Shown: positions 43,597-49,966 of the stretch, piece by piece
Layout of the letters: each line of letters begins with the position of its first letter
Numbering within the stretch: position 1 is the first letter of the stretch
From: an uncultured Clostridia bacterium
GTDB taxonomy: Bacteria > Bacillota > Clostridia > Oscillospirales > Ruminococcaceae
Length of the DNA stretch: 49,966 nucleotides
Assembly: GCA_944388305.1 (NCBI GenBank)
Contig: CALXIG010000004.1
Span: forward strand, 1-49,966
Direction: 5' to 3'
Program-made: the position numbers and the translations under genes
The notes under the pieces: model-generated
Databases searched by the model: none
Told to the model about the DNA's origin: nothing
What the model saw: only the letters and a program-made list of their open reading frames with translations

Positions 43597-44772
43597 ATGA
43601 CTATGGAAAAAGTAAGACTCGGCATTATTGGCGTCGGCAACATGGGAACCGGTCATATCAGCAACATCGAGCTGCATAAGCGCTGCCCGGAGATCACTGT
43701 CACTGCCGTCGCGGACATCAACCCCGACCGCCTCACCTGGGTCAAGGAAAACATCGGCGATCATGTCGCCCTCTTTGACGACGCGGAAAAGATGATGGAT
43801 TCCGGTCTGGTCGACGCGGTCCTCATCGCCATCCCCCACTACGGCCATCCCGTCTACGCCGTCAAGGCGTTTGAACGCGGCCTCCACGTCATGTGCGAAA
43901 AGCCCGCCGGCGTTTACACCAAGCAGGTCCGCGAGATGAACGAAGCCGCCAAGAAGGCCGGCGTCGTCTTTGGCATGATGTTCAACCAGCGCACCAACCA
44001 CATCTACCGCAAGATGAAGGAAATCGTCTCGAGCGGCGAGATGGGCGAGATCAAGCGCACCAACTGGATCATCACCAACTGGTACCGTCCCCAGGCTTAT
44101 TACGATTCCGGCGCCTGGCGCGCCACCTGGTCCGGCGAGGGCGGCGGCGTTCTGCTCAACCAGTGCCCGCACAACCTCGACCTGTGGCAGTGGATCTGCG
44201 GCATGCCCGTCAAGGTCAACTCCCACATGCAGTTTGGAAAGTGGCATGACATTGAGGTAGAGGACGACGTCACCACCTATGTCGAGTACGCCAACGGCGC
44301 GACCGGCGTGTTTGTCACCACCACCGGCGACGCCCCCGGAACCAACCGTTTCGAGATCGACCTCGACGGCGGCAAGCTGGTTTCCGAGAACGACAAGCTC
44401 TATATGTGGAAAAACGAAGTTTTCGAGCGCGAATTCTCCGCCACCAACACTGTCCCCTTCGGTCATCCCAAGTCCGAAATGGTTGAAGTGGAAACGGATG
44501 GCAAGAACGAGCAGCACATCGGCGTCCTGAACGCCTTTGCCGGCCGCATTCTCCACGGCACCCCCCTCATCGCCGAGGGCTATGAGGGCATCAACGGCCT
44601 GACCCTTTCCAACGCCATGCACCTTTCCGCCTGGCTGGATAAGACAGTCGACATCCCCTTCGACGAGGACCTCTTCTATGACGAGCTGATGAAGCGGGTC
44701 AAGACCTCCCGCCGCAAGGAGAACGTCGCGTCGGTCTACGCCGATACCTCCAACACCTACAACAGCAAATAA
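43597..44772 (+). CDS. Gfo/Idh/MocA family NAD(P)-dependent oxidoreductase
   Basis: VRLGIIGVGNMGTGH..VLIAIPHYGH..HVMCEKP (EKP motif)..NQRT..GGGVLLNQCPHNLD. Confidence 0.88.
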   Translation: MTMEKVRLGIIGVGNMGTGHISNIELHKRCPEITVTAVADINPDRLTWVKENIGDHVALFDDAEKMMDSGLVDAVLIAIPHYGHPVYAVKAFERGLHVMCEKPAGVYTKQVREMNEAAKKAGVVFGMMFNQRTNHIYRKMKEIVSSGEMGEIKRTNWIITNWYRPQAYYDSGAWRATWSGEGGGVLLNQCPHNLDLWQWICGMPVKVNSHMQFGKWHDIEVEDDVTTYVEYANGATGVFVTTTGDAPGTNRFEIDLDGGKLVSENDKLYMWKNEVFEREFSATNTVPFGHPKSEMVEVETDGKNEQHIGVLNAFAGRILHGTPLIAEGYEGINGLTLSNAMHLSAWLDKTVDIPFDEDLFYDELMKRVKTSRRKENVASVYADTSNTYNSK

Positions 44773-44783
44773 TTCGCCCCTCC

Positions 44784-44820
44784 GAAAAAACCGGGCCGGC
44801 AGCAATGCCGGTCCGGTTTT
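44784..44820. terminator. Bidirectional terminator
   Basis: AAAAAACCGGGCCGGC, AGCAAT loop, GCCGGTCCGGTTTTG. The stem is 12 bp with one G-U pair, flanked by A and T runs. Confidence 0.8.
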
Positions 44821-44821
44821 G

Positions 44822-45058
44822 CTATATCTCGAAATCCAGGGGCGGCGGCCCCGCCAGACTGTCTTCCGCCTCCATCTGCGCGCGGCGGAGCCGCCGGATC
44901 ATATAGTTGATCGTCTCGTCCAGCTCCTCGTAAATACGGATGTTCTTGAGCGGCCCCGCCAAAGCCATGTCCTCCAGCCGCACATCGTGTGCCGCGTCGC
45001 AGGCTTCCGCAATCCCCTTCATCAGGATGACATAGGCGTCCTTGTATCGCTCCAACAT
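44822..45058 (-). CDS. Hypothetical small helical protein (78 aa)
   Basis: ATG 45058 lies 6 nt after AAGGGAGAG. The sequence is MLERYKDAYVILMKGIAEACDAAHD..ELDETINYMIRRLRRAQMEAE. No recognisable family. It is divergent from the XRE gene across an AT-rich spacer. Confidence 0.5.
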   Translation of the reverse strand: MLERYKDAYVILMKGIAEACDAAHDVRLEDMALAGPLKNIRIYEELDETINYMIRRLRRAQMEAEDSLAGPPPLDFEI

Positions 45059-45193
45059 GACAATCTCTCCCTTTGACTGCATAATACTGTCTATATGGAG
45101 AATTATAACATAATAAAACGATATTTACAACTGTATAAAGTTCTATTTTTCTTCTCGCTTCTATATTACAATACATAATAAAGAGGTGAGAAC

Positions 45194-45526
45194 ATGGACT
45201 TTGCGCAGAAAATCCGCGAATTGATGCAGGAAAACGGGAATATTACGGAATATCGCCTGGCGAAGGACTCGCAGATCCCGGCTTCCACCTTGGCAAACAT
45301 CCTGCACCGGGATACCGCTCCCACCATGTTCACCCTGAAGGAAATCTGCCGTTTTTTTCACCTCACCCTCTCCCAGTTCTTCTTCGACCCGGAGACCGAG
45401 ACGCGCTACCCGCTGACCGAGAGCCAGCGCCGGATGGTGGACAAATGGGCGGCGCTGACGCCGGAACAGCAGCGGATTTTGATGGAGCTTATCGAATACA
45501 TGCAGAAACAAAACGACGAGGCGTGA
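45194..45526 (+). CDS. XRE-family helix-turn-helix protein
   Basis: 110 aa. IRELMQENGNITEYRLAKDSQIPASTLANILH is a Cro/C1-type HTH. RBS AAAGAGGTGA. Confidence 0.8.
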   Translation: MDFAQKIRELMQENGNITEYRLAKDSQIPASTLANILHRDTAPTMFTLKEICRFFHLTLSQFFFDPETETRYPLTESQRRMVDKWAALTPEQQRILMELIEYMQKQNDEA

Positions 45527-45543
45527 AAGCCCCGTCGTTTTTT
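45510..45543 (+). terminator. Terminator overlapping the 3' end of the XRE gene
   Basis: AAAACGACG, loop, CGTCGTTTT, followed by TTG. Confidence 0.6.
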
Positions 45544-45548
45544 GTCTG

Positions 45549-47126
45549 TCATTTTCCGCTGTCGCCGTAGTTTGCGAGGACCCGCGCGGAGGGGTCATCG
45601 ACCTTGCAGCCCTCCCATTCCGGGTTGGGCATCCAGAAGCCGGCGATCATCCCGCCCTGCCCGGGGTAGAATTCCTCGAAAATCTCCCGGTAGAGGAGCG
45701 ACTCCTTTGTAAAAGGCTGGGCGTGGGTGTACTTTTTGCGCTTTTCCTCGAATTCCGCATCGGTGTAGAGACTGTCCGCGTACTCCTTGAGGTAGTCGAC
45801 CATCGAGTGGCCGACCGCGTCGGAGAAGGCCGCCTTTTCCCGCCAGAGGATGGATTCCGGGAGATAGTCCCCCTCAAAGGCGCGCCGCAGCAGGTATTTG
45901 CCCTTGCCGTAGCGATTCACCTTCAGCTCCGGGTCGAGGCACATCACATAATGGACGAAATCGAGGTCGCCGAAGGGCACCCGCGCTTCCAGCGAATTGA
46001 CCGAGATGCAGCGGTCGGCGCGGAGGACGTCGTACATGTGCAGTTCCCGCACCCGCTTTTCGGATTCCTTCTGGAATGCCTCCGCCGAGGGGGCGAAGTC
46101 GGTGTACTTGTAGCCGAACAGCTCGTCGGAAATCTCGCCGGTCAGCAGGACGCGGATGTCGGTATGCTCATGAATCCACTTGCAGAGCAGGTACATCCCC
46201 ATGCTCGCCCGGATGGTGGTGATGTCGAAGGTCCCGAGCAGCCGGACGACCTCCCGCAGCGAGGAGAGGACCTCCTCTTTGGTCATGTACACCTCGGTGT
46301 GGTCGCTGCCGATGTAGGCGGCGGCCTGCCGGGCGTATTTGAGGTCGATGGCGTCCTCGCGCATTCCGATGGCGAAGGTGCGGATGGGCGCGGCGCTTTT
46401 TCTCGCCGCAATTGCACAGACAAGGGAGGAATCGAGCCCTCCGCTCAGCAGAAATCCGACCTTCGCGTCGGCGACCAGCCGTTTTTCAACGCCGCGGATG
46501 AGTTTTTCCCGGATATTGCAGCAGGCGGCGTTGAGGCTGTCATGGCAGACCGTGTCCACCCTGGCGATGTCGCGGTAGCAGACAAACTGCCCGTTTTTGT
46601 AGTAATGTCCGGGCGGAAAGGGCTTCACCCCGGCGCAGAGGCCGGTGAGGTTCTGGGGTTCGCTCGCGAAGACGATGGTCCCCTTCCTGTCATAGCCGTA
46701 GTAGAGCGGGCGGATGCCGATCGGGTCGCGGGCGGCGATGTATTCCCCGGTGTCACCGTCATAGAGGATGAGGGCGAATTCCGCGTCGAGCATGGGGAAC
46801 ATCCCGACCCCATATTCCCGGTACATCGGCAGCAGGACCTCGCAGTCGGAACCGCTTGTGAAGGTGTATTTGGAAGAAAGGGCAGCCTTGAATTTCTCGT
46901 AGCCGTAGATTTCGCCGTTGCAGACAAGCAGGCTGTCCCCCAGGGAAAAGGGCTGCATCCCCGCCGGGGTCAGCCCCATGATCGCGAGGCGGTGAAAGGC
47001 AAAAAGTCCCTCGCCTGCCTGTGCGATGCGGGTGTCGTCCGGGCCGCGCGAAAGGGTGCGGGCAAAACCTTCCCGGAACGCTTCCAGGTCGGCGGCGGCC
47101 CCGCAATAGCCCATAATGGAACACAT
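45549..47126 (-). CDS. asnB: Asparagine synthase (glutamine-hydrolysing)
   Basis: ATG 47126 follows GGAGG and gives MCSIMGY (N-terminal nucleophile Cys2). Also RGPDD, NGEIYGY and the PP-loop SGGLDSS. The track start at 47141 adds 5 spurious codons. Confidence 0.92.
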   Translation of the reverse strand: MCSIMGYCGAAADLEAFREGFARTLSRGPDDTRIAQAGEGLFAFHRLAIMGLTPAGMQPFSLGDSLLVCNGEIYGYEKFKAALSSKYTFTSGSDCEVLLPMYREYGVGMFPMLDAEFALILYDGDTGEYIAARDPIGIRPLYYGYDRKGTIVFASEPQNLTGLCAGVKPFPPGHYYKNGQFVCYRDIARVDTVCHDSLNAACCNIREKLIRGVEKRLVADAKVGFLLSGGLDSSLVCAIAARKSAAPIRTFAIGMREDAIDLKYARQAAAYIGSDHTEVYMTKEEVLSSLREVVRLLGTFDITTIRASMGMYLLCKWIHEHTDIRVLLTGEISDELFGYKYTDFAPSAEAFQKESEKRVRELHMYDVLRADRCISVNSLEARVPFGDLDFVHYVMCLDPELKVNRYGKGKYLLRRAFEGDYLPESILWREKAAFSDAVGHSMVDYLKEYADSLYTDAEFEEKRKKYTHAQPFTKESLLYREIFEEFYPGQGGMIAGFWMPNPEWEGCKVDDPSARVLANYGDSGK

Positions 47127-47163
47127 GATGATGACCTCCAATTCCGATGATAATGGAAAAATG

Positions 47164-47223
47164 CCCCGGAGGCGGATATCCTGCCCCCGGGGAGGCCCCA
47201 GAGGCGTATATCTTGCCCTGGGG
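47164..47223 (-). repeat. Tandem pair of 28/29-nt hairpin repeats forming the glnN 3' end/terminator
   Basis: Minus strand: CCCCAGGGCAAGATATACGCCTCTGGGG, CCT, CCCCGGGGGCAGGATATCCGCCTCCGGGG, followed by CATTTTT. The closing pair differs coordinately between units (A-T versus G-C). Confidence 0.8.
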
Positions 47224-47236
47224 CGGAAAGGGCTGC

Positions 47237-49333
<2,097 letters not shown>

Positions 49334-49351
49334 ACGTTTGACACTCCTTTT

Positions 49352-49407
49352 AAAAAACAGGGCAGCGGCGCCTTGAGAACTGCATTCTCAGGACGTCGTT
49401 GCCCTGT
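49352..49407 (-). terminator. Leader terminator T2, directly upstream of the glnN RBS
   Basis: Minus strand: ACAGGGCAACGACGTCCTGAGAA, TGCAG loop, TTCTCAAGGCGCCGCTGCCCTGT, followed by TTTTTT and then AAAAGGAG. Confidence 0.7.
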
Positions 49408-49423
49408 CCGGTTTCGATACAGC

Positions 49424-49455
49424 AAAAAACGCCTGAGAGTTTCGACTCCCAGACG
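49424..49455 (-). terminator. Leader terminator T1 of glnN
   Basis: Minus strand: CGTCTGGGAG, TCGAAA loop, CTCTCAGGCG (two G-U pairs), followed by TTTTTT. Confidence 0.65.
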
Positions 49456-49474
49456 CCTTTGCCTGTTTGCCTGC

Positions 49475-49503
49475 ATTATACGCCTTCAAAATTTATTTGT
49501 CAA
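49475..49503 (-). promoter_or_regulatory. Consensus sigma-A promoter of glnN
   Basis: Minus strand: TTGACA (49503-49498), 17 nt, TATAAT (49480-49475). Confidence 0.75.
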
Positions 49504-49531
49504 GGGGATGTGCACAAAAATTCTGTTTTTC

Positions 49532-49553
49532 ATATAAAATCAGGCTTTTATAT
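49532..49553. promoter_or_regulatory. AT-rich dyad between the divergent nitrogen-assimilation promoters
   Basis: ATATAAAA, TCAGGC, TTTTATAT (8-bp perfect inverted repeat). Confidence 0.4.
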
Positions 49554-49592
49554 CTAAATTTATGGTAAAACCGTTTTTTATTCGATTTTTTC

Positions 49593-49621
49593 TTGACATT
49601 GCAGAACCGTTGTGCTACAAT
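49593..49621 (+). promoter_or_regulatory. Sigma-A promoter of the glutamate-synthase-like gene
   Basis: TTGACA (49593-49598), 17 nt, TGc-TACAAT (49616-49621). Confidence 0.7.
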
Positions 49622-49635
49622 GAAAACCGATGAGC

Positions 49636-49692
49636 AAAGGCGTTCATCCCGAAGGAGAGATTTTTCCTGTGGGATGGGCGTTTTTTCTTTTT
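49636..49692 (+). terminator. Leader terminator upstream of the glutamate-synthase-like gene
   Basis: CGTTCATCCC (49641-49650), 20-nt loop, GGGATGGGCG (49671-49680), followed by TTTTTTCTTTTT. It ends 23 nt before the ATG. Confidence 0.65.
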
Positions 49693-49714
49693 GACGCGGA
49701 AAGGACGGACTGGT

Positions 49715-49966
49715 ATGAAGGTCGAAGGACAGGTGCGAATTCCTTCCGGCTGCGCGATTGCGGCCGTCATCTCAAAGGAAGGGAGAAAGATGACCGGCGA
49801 GACGGTGATGGCGGGAATGATCCCCATGCATGACCGCTCCAACGGACTGGGCGGCGGTTTCGCCGGTTACGGGATTTATCCGGAGTACCGCGACTGCTAC
49901 GCCTTTCACATTTTTTTCGAAGATCATGCCGCCCGCCGGCCCTGCGAATGTTTGTTGTATGACCAC
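49715..49966 (+). CDS. Class II (Ntn) glutamine amidotransferase, GlxB / glutamate-synthase domain-1-like; runs off the window
   Basis: Not in the track because it has no stop. ATG 49715 follows GGAAAGGA. My translation is MKVEGQVRIPSGCAIAAVISKEG..MHDRSNGLGGGFAGYGIYPEY. Confidence 0.6.
   Translation, partial: MKVEGQVRIPSGCAIAAVISKEGRKMTGETVMAGMIPMHDRSNGLGGGFAGYGIYPEYRDCYAFHIFFEDHAARRPCECLLYDH

Overview
GC-rich chromosomal segment that looks like a spore-forming Clostridia genome; the Oscillospiraceae-like assignment is inference only. Evidence for a spore former is gpr, spoVFA/spoVFB-type dipicolinate synthase and a SigK-like promoter. I saw no rRNA, tRNA, CRISPR array, transposase or integrase. 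Most of the window is housekeeping:
- A cobalamin-dependent methionine synthase operon: separate reactivation-domain protein, metH, and a YitJ-like Hcy-methyltransferase/MTHFR fusion.
- leuACDB, purC, cutC, asnB, a type III glutamine synthetase and the start of a glutamate-synthase-like amidotransferase.
- eda-kdgK with a heparinase II/III-like gene.
- pepT, rpsT and mreB.
- Two two-component systems, an htrA protease, and a MarR-linked heterodimeric ABC exporter.
- A cluster of three aminoglycoside-modifying-type enzymes: ANT(6), APH-like and GNAT.

The long ORFs antisense to these genes are GC artefacts.

Observations most worth a second look:
1. A self-contained cobalamin riboswitch with its own consensus promoter and terminator but no cognate downstream gene (38505-38862).
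2. A single in-frame TAG that splits an otherwise intact metH.
3. A mosaic GC-rich two-hairpin repeat that starts at or just after the stop codons of unrelated genes and shows a compensatory stem change.
4. Terminator-containing leaders with shared sequence words in front of the divergent glnN-type GS and glutamate-synthase genes.

All family calls come from reading motifs by eye. No database search or covariance model was run.
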